DNA of 51,341 nt from Dehalococcoidia bacterium (GCA_028821715.1 JAPKFF010000001.1:1-51341); one strand, 5' to 3'; positions 1 through 10,513 are shown, numbered from the stretch's first letter. Made by a program: numbers and translations. The notes: a model not told the origin generated them from the letters alone.

Positions 1-889
1 TGAGTTCGGCGATCGCAATCCCGCTCTCACCGGCTATCGAGTAGAGAAGGTATTTACGTCCATCTTCCTGATAGATAGCCGGATCTCGCAGCTGATTGAC
101 CTGGCCATCTATAAGTCCACGTTTCGAGGGCTCTTGCGGCATTTCTGAGCCCTCCCACAGCAATTCAGGTGAAAGTAGGTCGATCGGATCTGATGCAGTC
201 CAGTTCATCCAATCGTCCGAAAGGTCAACGGTGGAAAGTTTGATCCTCTCGGGTGAATCTCCAACCATAGTGAAAAATATCTGAAGAACGTTCTCATCAA
301 CTATCACCGCTGAATGCCGCATGTTTTCTGTGAAAAGGGTAGGACCGTCCTCGAAATTGCTCATTCCGTTTTCGGATCGATAGAACACCCCGGGCATTGC
401 TATTGCGTAGTGGTTGCCATTCCATTGGAATGCGCGCAAATACGGGTTGGCCAGCAGATCCGGGTCTGCATTGAAATTCAGTCCGTCCCTCGAAATCGAA
501 ACCCGAGTGAATTGCGCCCCGCCTTTGCCTGTTCCTCCTCCAGTGACAGTGTTCGAGCCATGAAAGTACATTCTGATCCGGGCGCTCTTGTGATCGACAT
601 GAACATCGGGTGACGCAATATGCCCCTCGAAATGTGAGTCCTCAAGCGAAAGAACTCCCTCGCTGTGGATTCGCCACGGTCCTTCTAGGTCGTCTGCATA
701 GGCGATCCGGATGTATCGGCCATCGTGATGACCGAAGTACAAGTAGTACTTGCCGAGTCGATCTCTTACCCAATCAGGAACTTGAATAAGCGATGGCCCG
801 TTGATGTTGTCGCCCATACGGTCGTCCATATTCGGGCGGATGATCGGGTTGTTACCAAGACGCTCAACTTTTGGCGTGTAATCGGTCAT
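1..889 (-). CDS. Five-bladed beta-propeller glycoside-hydrolase-like protein (GH43/32/130-like); runs off the window edge before its stop
   Basis: Not in the ORF track. Manual minus-strand translation from ATG 889 is open to position 2: MTDYTPKVERLGNNPII...NINGPSLI...YYLYFGHH...GPW...HIASPDV...MYFHG...QLRDPAIY...YLLYSIAGESGIAIAEL, which has typical blade motifs. Confidence 0.75.
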   Translation of the reverse strand, partial: MTDYTPKVERLGNNPIIRPNMDDRMGDNINGPSLIQVPDWVRDRLGKYYLYFGHHDGRYIRIAYADDLEGPWRIHSEGVLSLEDSHFEGHIASPDVHVDHKSARIRMYFHGSNTVTGGGTGKGGAQFTRVSISRDGLNFNADPDLLANPYLRAFQWNGNHYAIAMPGVFYRSENGMSNFEDGPTLFTENMRHSAVIVDENVLQIFFTMVGDSPERIKLSTVDLSDDWMNWTASDPIDLLSPELLWEGSEMPQEPSKRGLIDGQVNQLRDPAIYQEDGRKYLLYSIAGESGIAIAEL

Positions 890-965
890 GTCTATGCGTG
901 GAGCTTTGCGAAATCAGGGTCGAGATGAGCAGTCGTGTAATCAGAGAGAGTGAATCGCCACACTA

Positions 966-1320
966 CTATTCTTCAACACCTGCGAAGAGATCGGTTTCGA
1001 AAATTCCTGTTTGACCCTCAGGAACCGGCGGGTCGACCAGTATAAAGAAATCCTAGTTCAACAAACCAGCTTCGAGTTCAGGTGTTGGCCTGCGATCGAG
1101 CGGCCAATACTGAGTTCTGTGCACTTCAATCGCTTTACGTCGTATATCCGCGTAATGGGCAGTACCAAGCACTGTGCTTAGAGATTCGTCAGGAACTCCC
1201 ATGTCATTCACATCCAGCTTGGTAAGACCAGAATCAGGGCCTGCTTCAGAAAACACCTCGAACCAAATTTTTCATCATCGATCGTGGAAATACGTGATAG
1301 TACAGCTTCGCTGGTTTCCA
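966..1320 (-). pseudogene. C-terminal remnant of a PIG-L/MshB-like deacetylase
   Basis: KLYYHVFPRS, then a frameshift, then ...IRRKAIEVHRTQ...LLN*(TAG 1053-1055)DFFILVDPP...ETDLFAGVEE*. This resembles the C-terminus of PIG-L-family proteins; the N-terminal HPDD half is absent. Confidence 0.55.
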
Positions 1321-1480
1321 CATATATTTTTAGTCAACAAACAGAAACCGTCGACCAGAAGCAAGCTCCTGTAGCGAAAACGCTGCATCGGGCATACCAT
1401 CGCCCCCATCAGACCGACGAACAACTCTTTTCACGATCGTAGGAAGCAATTGCCGCCTACAGAAAACGAAGCTCGTATCC

Positions 1481-2623
1481 ATGAAAATAACTAAAGTCAC
1501 CCCACTGATGCTCGACCGATACCTAGTGGTACAAGTTGAAACTGACGCCGGAATTACTGGTCTCGGCGAATCGGGAGCATGGGGTTTCCTAGAGGCTTCA
1601 CAGTCGGCTATAGAGAAATTCGGTCGATACCTAGTTGGAGAAGACCCACTCCGTATCGAACATCACTGGCAGTACATGTACCGCTTCTCTCACTTTCGTG
1701 GGGCGGCCATCATGGGTGCGCTGAGTGCAATCGATATTGCGCTTTGGGACATCATGGGCAAGCACTTCGACACCCCCGTTCACCAGCTGCTAGGTGGCAA
1801 GGTTCGTGACAAAGCGCGCGTTTACTACCACGTATTCGGGGACACTACCGAGGTTCTGACCAGCGGAATCGTAGATGCCAAAGAACAAGGCTTCACTGCC
1901 GTTGGTCACCTGACACCCTTCTTGGATGAAGACCGCGACGTTCCTTATTTTAAAACCCACGCCGATAAAATTGGCGACGCCATCGAAACAGTTCGCGGCT
2001 ACCGAGCAGCCGTAGGCACTGGCGTCGATCTTTGTATCGAAATCCATCGTCGAATGACTCCGACCGAAGCGGTTCAGCTTGGATTGGGTATCGAAGAGTT
2101 CCACCCCTACTTCTTCGAGGACCCGGTAACCCCAGACAACTTCGACGAGATGGCGTACGTTGCCGACAAGATCAACATTCCAATCGCAACCGGCGAGAGA
2201 TTCACGTCGATTTGGGAATTCGAGATGGCACTCTCACGAAACGCCGTGCAGTACATTCGTCCTGACGTATGCCTAGTAGGCGGAATATCTGGCGCTCGAA
2301 AGATCGCGGCTCTAGCCGAGGCACGTCACATAGGCGTTGTACCGCACAATCCGCTATCGCCAGTATCGACAGCCGCTTGTCTGCAAATAGCTGCAACCGC
2401 ACCGAATTTCGCCTTGCAGGAATACCCGATCGGCGAAGATATTGCACCGAAAATAAACATGGTCACGGGGATGGCAGAGCACGACGGCAACGGCTATCTG
2501 ACAATTTCAGATGCCCCGGGAATCGGACTCGAACTGAAACCGAACGCAGTTGAAATGTGTCCAGAAAAGCCGAGAGAAGTAATTACCCGACTTCACGCCG
2601 ATGGAAGCGTTATCGATCAATGA
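1481..2623 (+). CDS. Mandelate racemase/galactonate dehydratase (DgoD-like) enolase-superfamily protein
   Basis: GITGLGE, SAIDIALWDIMGK, metal-ligand segments EIHRR/FEDP/TGER, PDV, PHNP, LQEY, PGIG. Confidence 0.9.
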   Translation: MKITKVTPLMLDRYLVVQVETDAGITGLGESGAWGFLEASQSAIEKFGRYLVGEDPLRIEHHWQYMYRFSHFRGAAIMGALSAIDIALWDIMGKHFDTPVHQLLGGKVRDKARVYYHVFGDTTEVLTSGIVDAKEQGFTAVGHLTPFLDEDRDVPYFKTHADKIGDAIETVRGYRAAVGTGVDLCIEIHRRMTPTEAVQLGLGIEEFHPYFFEDPVTPDNFDEMAYVADKINIPIATGERFTSIWEFEMALSRNAVQYIRPDVCLVGGISGARKIAALAEARHIGVVPHNPLSPVSTAACLQIAATAPNFALQEYPIGEDIAPKINMVTGMAEHDGNGYLTISDAPGIGLELKPNAVEMCPEKPREVITRLHADGSVIDQ

Positions 2624-2802
2624 ACCAAGGGCTCTTTGTCTTCGTGACATCAATCTGATAGAGCTAGATTGGTTTACCGCTATTCGGACTGTCGTCAGGT
2701 CAGTCGACCTTATTCGCCAATGGGAGACCGTTCGGCAGTCGACTTCGACTTCCGACATACTTGAAATCTATCTCCTATCAACCCTCTGAAAAATCTAACT
2801 TC

Positions 2803-3726
2803 ATGCCAATTCCAACTCAAAATCCTATCGTTGTCGCTCCAAGCCCTACGCCGTTCAAGGATGACGACTCGGTCGACTACGCAGCCATCGAAAGAAATGT
2901 AGAGAAGTGGATCAAGACTCCGTTATCGGGATTTGTTTTGAACTCTGAAAACGGTGAAGAGCAGTTTTTGTCAGAGGCTGAACGACTCGAAATTGTTCGC
3001 ACCGTGAATAACGCTCGAAACGGCGAAAAGTTCATTGTTGGCGGAGTCGATAGTTCATCTGTCACCGACTCAATTCGTTTGGCGGAAGATTTGGTTGAAG
3101 CCGGAGCGGAGATGATTCGCATCCGGATCCCACGACTCACGAAGAACGTCACGGGCTACTTCGAGCAGGTTGTGCCACGAGTTCCAGCTCCCGTCGTGAT
3201 CATTCATCAGATGGCTCCCGGCATGTTTGCCGGCGGAGCAGCACCAGTTGGCGCCGAGCCTGAAGTAATCGGCGAACTTGTAGATATCGATAACGTCTGG
3301 GGCTACATCGCTTCGGGTAACGTTCGATTTGAGGCTCGGGTTCGCAACTTCGTAACGGTCGACAAGCCGTTCTGGCTCGGAAACGGTCTTCTGCTGCTTG
3401 CCATGACTGCAATTGGAGCGAATGGAGCGTGCCTTATGCTGGGGAACGTCGCACCTGCGGAGTGCCTCCAGATCATCTCAAGCGTGATGAACGGCGAACT
3501 CGCTAAGGCTCAGGAAGTACAGAGTCGAATCATCGAAGCCGACCAACAAATCCTCGATCGTGGAGCTGCAGGAATAAAAGCAGCCATGGATATTCTCGGC
3601 TACGAAGGTGGCGCACCTCGCCTACCGAACCCGTCAGTCACAGACGCCGACCGCGAGATCATTCGAGTTGCAATGAATAGTGCGGAGCTTATAAAGGGTT
3701 TCACAGCGACTCGTGATAGATGCTGA
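2803..3726 (+). CDS. DHDPS/NAL-family (HOGA-like) TIM-barrel protein with non-canonical active site
   Basis: PTPF..D..VD, NGEEQFLSEAER, GIKAAMDILGYEGGAPRLP. The Schiff-base Lys position reads NVWGYIASG. ATG 2803 preferred over TTG 2761. Confidence 0.85.
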   Translation: MPIPTQNPIVVAPSPTPFKDDDSVDYAAIERNVEKWIKTPLSGFVLNSENGEEQFLSEAERLEIVRTVNNARNGEKFIVGGVDSSSVTDSIRLAEDLVEAGAEMIRIRIPRLTKNVTGYFEQVVPRVPAPVVIIHQMAPGMFAGGAAPVGAEPEVIGELVDIDNVWGYIASGNVRFEARVRNFVTVDKPFWLGNGLLLLAMTAIGANGACLMLGNVAPAECLQIISSVMNGELAKAQEVQSRIIEADQQILDRGAAGIKAAMDILGYEGGAPRLPNPSVTDADREIIRVAMNSAELIKGFTATRDRC

Positions 3727-3740
3727 AATGAATTCAGCAT
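3720..3740. terminator. 8-bp hairpin between convergent genes
   Basis: ATGCTGAA-atgaa-TTCAGCAT overlapping the stop of 2803..3726; no clear U-tract. Confidence 0.35.
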
Positions 3741-3864
3741 GACAGTGGTTTGGAACGAGACTAACAGGGAAAATCTCGTGGGTTTACTAAGCATTAGAAA
3801 CGCGACTAGTAACATCTCCCCAATCCCAGCCAAACCGTCATCAATCAGAAAAAGACACCTCGTA

Positions 3865-4656
3865 TCACCAGATCGACCAGCCGCCATCTACGCGGAATTC
3901 TTGACCTGTAATCCAGGCTCCGGCATCTGATGCCAGTAACGCTGCTGTTCCTTTTAGGTCTTGTGAAAGACCCGTTCGCTGGAGCGGGATCATCTTGCGG
4001 AACGTCTCGACCTGATCGGCGTTGGTGTCGGTGCGTGGAATCTGCCCCGGGCTAATGCAGTTCACAGTAATCCCGTGCTCACCGAACTCGGCAGCCATCG
4101 CTAGGGTCAGGCTCAACACGCCACCCTTGGCAGCGATGTACGGTGGTCCCGAGCGTTTGAACTCGGAATTGTAAATACGGCTATCCATCGCCAAAGTCGC
4201 AGCGATTGACCCCAAAGTAATGATCGATCCACGCTTAGCGGGAATCATCGCTCTGCCAGCCGACTGCGCAGTGATGTACGTGCCTGTTAGGTTCACATCG
4301 AGTGTTCGCCTGAACTCCTCGATGTCGCCATTGGGCGGATAGTTCGTCGTGAACGAACCACCTGCGTTGCAAATGGCTATGTCGAGTCGGCCATTATCGT
4401 TCATGACTCTGTCGACCAGCGCATCGACTTGAGATTCGTCAGTCACGTCACAACCCATCGCCGTGACGTCCATTCCCCGCCCACGAAGTCGCTCAGCCAC
4501 ATTTTCGCAAAGCTCGGTACGACGAGAAGCGATATAGACCTTCGCACCAAGATCACACAGGGCTTCAGTAAAGGCCGTTCCGAGATGCGTGCCGCCGCCA
4601 GTGACTATGGCAGTACGGCCTGTGAGATCGAAGAGTTGTTGAATTGATTTAGTCAT
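3865..4656 (-). CDS. Short-chain dehydrogenase/reductase (gluconate 5-dehydrogenase/KduD-like)
   Basis: TGGGTHLG, CNAG, YIAAK, VNCISPG, ITGQ..VDGG. Confidence 0.9.
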   Translation of the reverse strand: MTKSIQQLFDLTGRTAIVTGGGTHLGTAFTEALCDLGAKVYIASRRTELCENVAERLRGRGMDVTAMGCDVTDESQVDALVDRVMNDNGRLDIAICNAGGSFTTNYPPNGDIEEFRRTLDVNLTGTYITAQSAGRAMIPAKRGSIITLGSIAATLAMDSRIYNSEFKRSGPPYIAAKGGVLSLTLAMAAEFGEHGITVNCISPGQIPRTDTNADQVETFRKMIPLQRTGLSQDLKGTAALLASDAGAWITGQEFRVDGGWSIW

Positions 4657-5708
4657 TGAATTGGGGCTTCGAAATTATGGCGTAGTTTGATCGTTCGTTC
4701 GGATGGCTCGTACCAGCCCTCATCGGCGTATTGGTCGGAATGTAGATAGCACTGCACCCGAACTTCGTCTGATCCCTCGGTGAATGTGAACAACCGGCTC
4801 ATCGGAATCGAGTTCCGCTGGCCGTGGTAGCGAGTAACCGCAGAAACGTTCACAAAGTTCGCTCCCCATTTCTGTTCCACGTGCGATCGTCCACCGGTTG
4901 TATCGTCGGGATGGGTGTGAGTATGAGCGCCCAACCACAAATCAATTGCAGGCTGATTTTCGTCTAAGAAATTCTCGATACGACCCGAATCTTTTTGACC
5001 ACCCACCCAGTAAATAAACGAAGACCCGGGTGCGCCGCCGTCTGGCATTCGACCGTGATAGCCCTCGTCGCAACCCTCGTTTAACCCTGAGGCTACGGTC
5101 GTCTCTTTAATCATGTGGTGATGGGCTGAAATAACGATCTTGTCTTTGTTTTCGGCAACCCTCTGGGTCCACCACTGGAAGGTCTCCTCCGAAATTGCCC
5201 CTGCTGGATACCCGCCAAACTCGCCTCGACCAATAGGCGCTCCACCATCGTTTCGATCAGCCATCATCAGAAATACTACGTTGCCTACCTCAAATGAGTA
5301 GTTCTCCCATGTACCCGTGGTCTGGTAAGGTCGTGCCGAATTATCGATTCCGGAGTGTTCTGTGCTATCACCAGTCGGGTCGATCCATTTTTGGAACCAC
5401 CACTGTGTCGGTTCGTCGGCGCCCGAAGCATCGTGATTTCCGATCACATCGTAAAAATGCTCACGACCGTGCTGCTTCGCCGATGCGTACTGCGAAACGA
5501 CCAGTTCGCCCTCTTCGTCATCTGGAGGGAGCTGCGACCCTGAGAAGTCGCCGAGGTTTACTGCGATATCGAAGCCGCCAGATTCTCCGTCGGTGTTCGG
5601 CCAAGCTTCAGCGTGCTGGATCACTTCTTCAAGCGAACGACGCCCAAATTTTATCTCGGTTCCAACATGCGTATCCGACAGCGCCCAAAGGCGAAAAGTT
5701 CGAGCCAA
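4653..5708 (-). CDS. Calcineurin-like metallophosphoesterase
   Basis: DTH, GDFS, GNHD, HHH and AHTH motifs. TTG 5708 chosen as start (AGAGAG upstream). The stop overlaps the SDR start. Confidence 0.85.
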   Translation of the reverse strand: MARTFRLWALSDTHVGTEIKFGRRSLEEVIQHAEAWPNTDGESGGFDIAVNLGDFSGSQLPPDDEEGELVVSQYASAKQHGREHFYDVIGNHDASGADEPTQWWFQKWIDPTGDSTEHSGIDNSARPYQTTGTWENYSFEVGNVVFLMMADRNDGGAPIGRGEFGGYPAGAISEETFQWWTQRVAENKDKIVISAHHHMIKETTVASGLNEGCDEGYHGRMPDGGAPGSSFIYWVGGQKDSGRIENFLDENQPAIDLWLGAHTHTHPDDTTGGRSHVEQKWGANFVNVSAVTRYHGQRNSIPMSRLFTFTEGSDEVRVQCYLHSDQYADEGWYEPSERTIKLRHNFEAPIQ

Positions 5709-5987
5709 AATTTTATATTCTCTCTGAAATAGTTTCTTGATTGGTGGGTATAGTACCGTTGGCATTACAAACGCTGACGGCATCTATTGAGCAAGCCCAA
5801 GCGAACCGCATCATAGCCGCAACAGAATCGGGCGTGCTGCCTAGTTCGACCGAATCGACCGTCAACATCGGCTTCAAATCGGCGTATACTCCCGCCGCGA
5901 GCGTTGCCATTGAATTGCGATTCACTAGCAGCACGCTCCATAAAATCGAGCGTAGATCCAGATAATAGCCAGTTAAGAGAAAGATAT

Positions 5988-7145
5988 ATGGCAGCAATTA
6001 CCAGTGTTGAATTCCGTAGGTTCACAGCGAACCACCACAACGCACAACGCAACTGGTTGCTGGTAAAACTGAACACAGACGATCCGAATATGTACGGCAT
6101 CGGCGATGCATCGCCCATGCAAGACGACGCGCTCGTTATGGCCATGATCGAGCAAATGGTGGAGAAGCACCTGATCGGCAAGGACCCTCTCGAAACCGAA
6201 GTTCACTGGACGAACTTATACCAGGACTTCCAAGCACGAGGAGGTCGAATAGCATCCACTGCCATCTCAGGCATAGATATCGCACTGTGGGACATGAAAG
6301 GTCGTATTCTCGACCAGCCGGTTTGGAAGTTGCTCGGCGGCGCGCATCGCCGCAGCATCAGGGTCTATGCCAACGGCTGGTACTCAAACCCTGGAACGGC
6401 TGAACAAAACGCTGAAGAGGCGAAGATAGTCGTCGACATGGGCTACACCGCCCTCAAGTTCGATCCTTTTGGGCAGCACAACTACTACAAGCTATCTCTT
6501 AAAGAGGCGCAATTAGCTGAAGACCGCGTCGCCGCCGTTAGACAGGCGGTCGGGCCAAATGTCGATATTCTCGTCGAAGCTCACGCCAAATTCGATGTGA
6601 TGAACGCGATTCAAATCGGCAAACGACTCGAAGAATATCGACCGCTTTTCTACGAAGAACCGGTCTCTCAAGAACGGGTTTCCGAGTTATTAGAAGTTCG
6701 AAACAAAGTTAACATTCCGATTGCAACTGGCGAGCGGCTTTACACAAAATTCCCGTTCGCAGAAATCGTCGATCGACACGCAGCTGACGTACTTCAGCCC
6801 GATATAGCCAACGCCGGTGGAATCACTGAGTTAAAGAAAATAGCGATCATCGCCGAGGCAAAACACATCACAATGGCGCCACACAATGTCTGCTCGCCGG
6901 TTGGTGCAATGGCTGAGATGCACCTCGATGCTTCGATCATCAACTTCGAGATTCAAGAATATCACGCCGAGTTCTACACAGAACACTACTTCACTGTTCT
7001 CGATGGCTTCCCACGTCAAAAAGACGGCTACGTCGAACTGTCCGATACACCGGGGCTCGGACTCGAGCTCAACGAAGCCGAAATCGCTGCACATCCGCCG
7101 CTAGCGAAAACCACAACCGCAGGAGGAACCGTTCGAGGCATCTGA
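5988..7145 (+). CDS. Mandelate racemase-family acid-sugar dehydratase (gluconate/galactonate dehydratase-like)
   Basis: SGIDIALWDMKG, VYANGW, LKFDPF, EAH, YEEP, TGER, QPD, PHN. ATG at 5988. Confidence 0.9.
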   Translation: MAAITSVEFRRFTANHHNAQRNWLLVKLNTDDPNMYGIGDASPMQDDALVMAMIEQMVEKHLIGKDPLETEVHWTNLYQDFQARGGRIASTAISGIDIALWDMKGRILDQPVWKLLGGAHRRSIRVYANGWYSNPGTAEQNAEEAKIVVDMGYTALKFDPFGQHNYYKLSLKEAQLAEDRVAAVRQAVGPNVDILVEAHAKFDVMNAIQIGKRLEEYRPLFYEEPVSQERVSELLEVRNKVNIPIATGERLYTKFPFAEIVDRHAADVLQPDIANAGGITELKKIAIIAEAKHITMAPHNVCSPVGAMAEMHLDASIINFEIQEYHAEFYTEHYFTVLDGFPRQKDGYVELSDTPGLGLELNEAEIAAHPPLAKTTTAGGTVRGI

Positions 7146-7301
7146 GTGGCTCAGGTGGGTAAGCCACGGTTTCTGCTCGACGACGCTCGGATCTCGATTG
7201 AATAATTTGGTTCTAGTCACAGATCAACATTTATCTCCAGTAAGTAAGCAATCAACTAATCCCCATCAGGGACAACACATCAAGTTAGAAACCGTTCGAA
7301 A

Positions 7302-8054
7302 ATGATTAACAACACAATTTTGGAAGCTAATAAAGAAGGCCGGAAGGCGACCGTGTTCGCATTGGCACATCCTGCGCTATACATGATCGAAATGGCAGCC
7401 CACGTTGGCTTCGATGCAATCACAATCGACGGTGAGCATGGTGGATTTCCTGAAGAAGCCATCGACGACATTTGTCGAACTGCAAACGGTTACGGAATGT
7501 CGGTTATCGCACGAGTGCCAGATAGCGCTGCGTACCAGATCAACCTGTATCTCGACCGTGGAATTCAGGGCGTGACCGGTCCTCACATCAACTCGGGTGC
7601 TGAAGCACAGGCATTCGCCGATGCTTGCCTCTTCCCAACCGAAGGTAAGCGATCGTGGGGGGGTGGACGTGGAACCGAGTTCAACGACCAGACCGTTCTC
7701 GACGAAAAGTACGGCGGCAAGCTCGGATTCGCAAAATGGTCAAACGCAAACATGCTTGTTGTTGCACAGATCGAAGACAAGAAGGCCTGGGACAACCTCG
7801 ACGACATTCTCTCTGTGCCTGGTCTTACGGGCGTAACCGGTGGACCACATGATTTCGCACAATCGCTTGGTCACCCCGGTGAGCCAGATCACCAAGATCG
7901 AATTGCCGCAACGCTCGATGTAGAGAAACGCGCACGAGCTGCCGGAAAGACGGCTGGCGGAGATCAGACTTCCGGTATCGGGATCGCTGAACTAATGCTC
8001 GGCGAAGCACGTGCATTCGTTGCTGCTCACAAGAGTGACAAGCTGGGCTCTTAG
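7302..8054 (+). CDS. HpcH/HpaI-family class II (2-keto-3-deoxy sugar acid) aldolase
   Basis: IDGEHG, IARVP, AQIE and GPHD motifs. Confidence 0.88.
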   Translation: MINNTILEANKEGRKATVFALAHPALYMIEMAAHVGFDAITIDGEHGGFPEEAIDDICRTANGYGMSVIARVPDSAAYQINLYLDRGIQGVTGPHINSGAEAQAFADACLFPTEGKRSWGGGRGTEFNDQTVLDEKYGGKLGFAKWSNANMLVVAQIEDKKAWDNLDDILSVPGLTGVTGGPHDFAQSLGHPGEPDHQDRIAATLDVEKRARAAGKTAGGDQTSGIGIAELMLGEARAFVAAHKSDKLGS

Positions 8055-8275
8055 TTCGCAATAGCTTTGTCATAAACTGATGCCGGCGGCGGTTTTCTTA
8101 TACAACTGGAACTCCTTTACGTTGGCATAGGCCCACTTACCACTTGATATGAGAATGTCACTCGGTCGCATACTAATGGTCTTGATGATCGTGGCGGTTG
8201 ATGGCTCTCTGGTTCGCTGTTGAAATGGCGCGGCTTGAATCTAATGTTTAGTCGCTGGATAGAAGGGCTGGTCGA

Positions 8276-9833
8276 TTGATTTACGATACGGTGATAGTTG
8301 GAGCAGGAGCAGCCGGCTGTGTGCTGGCTGCCAGACTGTCGGAGGATCCAAGTCGACACGTTTTGCTACTCGAACCAGGACCAGACTACCCGAATATCGA
8401 GATGCTCCCTGAAGATTTGAAGAACGGAGTTAGTGGGTGGATCGATAAACCCGAGAACCCTCACAACTGGAATTATAGGGCGAAGGGAACTGACATCTCT
8501 GATCCAATTATCGTACCGAGGGGCCGTGCTACCGGTGGTTCGACGGCGATCAATTCGCAGGTATTCCTTCGAGGAGTTCCTTCGAGGAGTTCCTGAAGAC
8601 TACGACGCTTGGGCAGATTCAGGCCTTAATGAGTGGTCGTATACGAAACTGTTATCAGGGTTCAGGAAGTCGGAAAACGACCTTGATTTCGGTGGTGATT
8701 TCCATGGAAGAGACGGACACATCACATGTGTTCGACCGCCTCGAGAGGAGTGGCTACCGGCTCAATCAGGGTTCTACGAGGCTTGTCGTGCGATTGGATA
8801 TCTCGATTGCCCTGATCACAATTTGCCAGACTCTACGGGAGTTGGCCCTCTGGCATTCAATGCAATTAACGACACTCGTATAAGTACTGCGACCGGGTAT
8901 TTGACAGGTGCGCGTCATCGCTTAAATCTGACGATTAAAGCCGGGTGCCTGGTACACCGCGTCATTATCGAAAACGGACGGGTTGTTGGGCTGATTACGG
9001 AGGCTGGAGGCGAGTTGTTCGAGGTGCGGGCGAACGAAGTGATTCTAAGTGCAGGTGCTGTTGTTTCTCCTCAACTACTGATGTTGTCTGGTGTGGGGCC
9101 TGCGGATCATCTGAACAGTCATGGGCTCGAAGTTGTCGCTGATGTTCCGGGTGTGGGACAGAATTTGCAGGATCATCCGCTGGTTTTCTTGCTCTGGGAT
9201 ACCGTTCCAGACTACGAATACCGACTCGATGTAAGACGTCTGCAAATCTCGCTGCGCTACACAGCAACTGGCTCAAATGAACGCAACGACATGATCGCCT
9301 ACATGAACTCGGCATGCTCGGCTGCTCGGGCGGAACGCGGCGGGGATAGGAACAGTCCAATTGGTGTAGGCATACATTTGGTGCTGAACTCGGCAGATAG
9401 CCGTGGCGAGATAAGACTAGCATCGACGGATATTGCCGATCAACCGATCATAGATTTCAACTACATGAGCGCACCGCGTGATTTGAAGAGGGTTCGCGAT
9501 GGCCTACGAAAATTGTCTGAGATTGGTGAACAGCCAGAGTTCCGAAAAAATGTTACGAGGCGAGTAACGCCAACAGATGAGACTCTTGAAGATGATCGTG
9601 ATCTGGATGAGTGGATACGAACGGAAGTTACAACCGGGCACCACATTTCTTGCTCGAATAAGATGGGCGTCGACTCGGATCCGATGGCGGTTGTTGATCA
9701 GTACGGAAGCGTTAGGGGCGTTGAGGGGCTCCGAGTAGTCGATGCATCAATCATGCCTACATGTGTAAGGGCGAACATTAATGCGACCGTTATCGCGATG
9801 GCAGAACGAATGGCAGAACTGATCGTCAGCTAA
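8276..9833 (+). pseudogene. GMC oxidoreductase (choline dehydrogenase-like), split by a frameshift
   Basis: ORF 8276 carries GAGAAG and RGRATGGSTAIN. ORF 8433 carries GVGQNLQDH, GHH, LRVVDAS and RANIN. The junction FLRGVP is duplicated by a 13-bp tandem repeat. Confidence 0.85.
8564..8594 (+). repeat. 13-bp tandem duplication (TTCCTTCGAGGAG x2 + TTCCT)
   Basis: Copies at 8564-8576 and 8577-8589, followed by TTCCT at 8590-8594. Confidence 0.95.
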
Positions 9834-9949
9834 GAGTTCCATATGTAAAAAATACCTACAGCTCAAAATACAGGAACGGAACGACAGTTCATAAAGAATG
9901 TCCAGATTGATACATCCAAAGATTCAGTGAACCCGTTACGATTACACAC

Positions 9950-10513
9950 ATGGCAGCAGAAACCACCACAGAACGTCTCCGAAGTTCAGCGCAGCCCGAG
10001 TCAGAGACTTCAAGTCCTAAAAATGGACTTTTACCCGGAGAGCGAGTCGTATCTCGACTCAAGTCAAACGACGGAGGAAATTTCACCCTGACGCACGCCA
10101 GAGTCATTTTCCGAGGTGGCTCTGAATCGGACTCCGTGTATGCGTCGGCTCAACTACGAGACATTAGCTCAGTTGAAATCGCCCGACGTCCACGAGCGCG
10201 AAGAAGTGCTGCTTGGGGAACGGTTGGTCTCTTAGCTGCGATTGGTGTCTGGCAAGTAACGCCCAGCTCGAATGTCGGTATAGCGGCAGCCCTCGCCGTA
10301 GCGGTGGTTTCACTAATTTTGATGGGCGACTACTGGATTCGACCCGTCGGAGTGCATCTCGAATTTAACACCATAGGCGGCAGCGTAATTGGTGGCGAAG
10401 TCGGTGGAAAATCAACTCTCGCAATGCAGTTCACCCGCGAGGTTGAAAATGCAAAGCGACGGTTAGTTCCTAGTCGAACCAAATCGCCGTACCGCAACTA
10501 TCCGGCAGGCTGA
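9950..10513 (+). CDS. Hypothetical membrane protein (PH-like segment with a two-helix hydrophobic insert)
   Basis: LLPGERVV...FTLTHARVIF...LRDISSVE is PH-like, followed by two hydrophobic helices. Confidence 0.6.
   Translation: MAAETTTERLRSSAQPESETSSPKNGLLPGERVVSRLKSNDGGNFTLTHARVIFRGGSESDSVYASAQLRDISSVEIARRPRARRSAAWGTVGLLAAIGVWQVTPSSNVGIAAALAVAVVSLILMGDYWIRPVGVHLEFNTIGGSVIGGEVGGKSTLAMQFTREVENAKRRLVPSRTKSPYRNYPAG

Noticed and set aside
96-928. Three short + strand ORFs at the window start
   Set aside because: Antisense to the continuous minus-strand beta-propeller gene 889..<1.
3721-3930. Cys-TGA at the end of the DHDPS-like gene reading through into ORF 3739..3930
   Set aside because: The domain is already complete, the UGA sits inside the stem rather than upstream of it, and the extension overlaps the convergent SDR.
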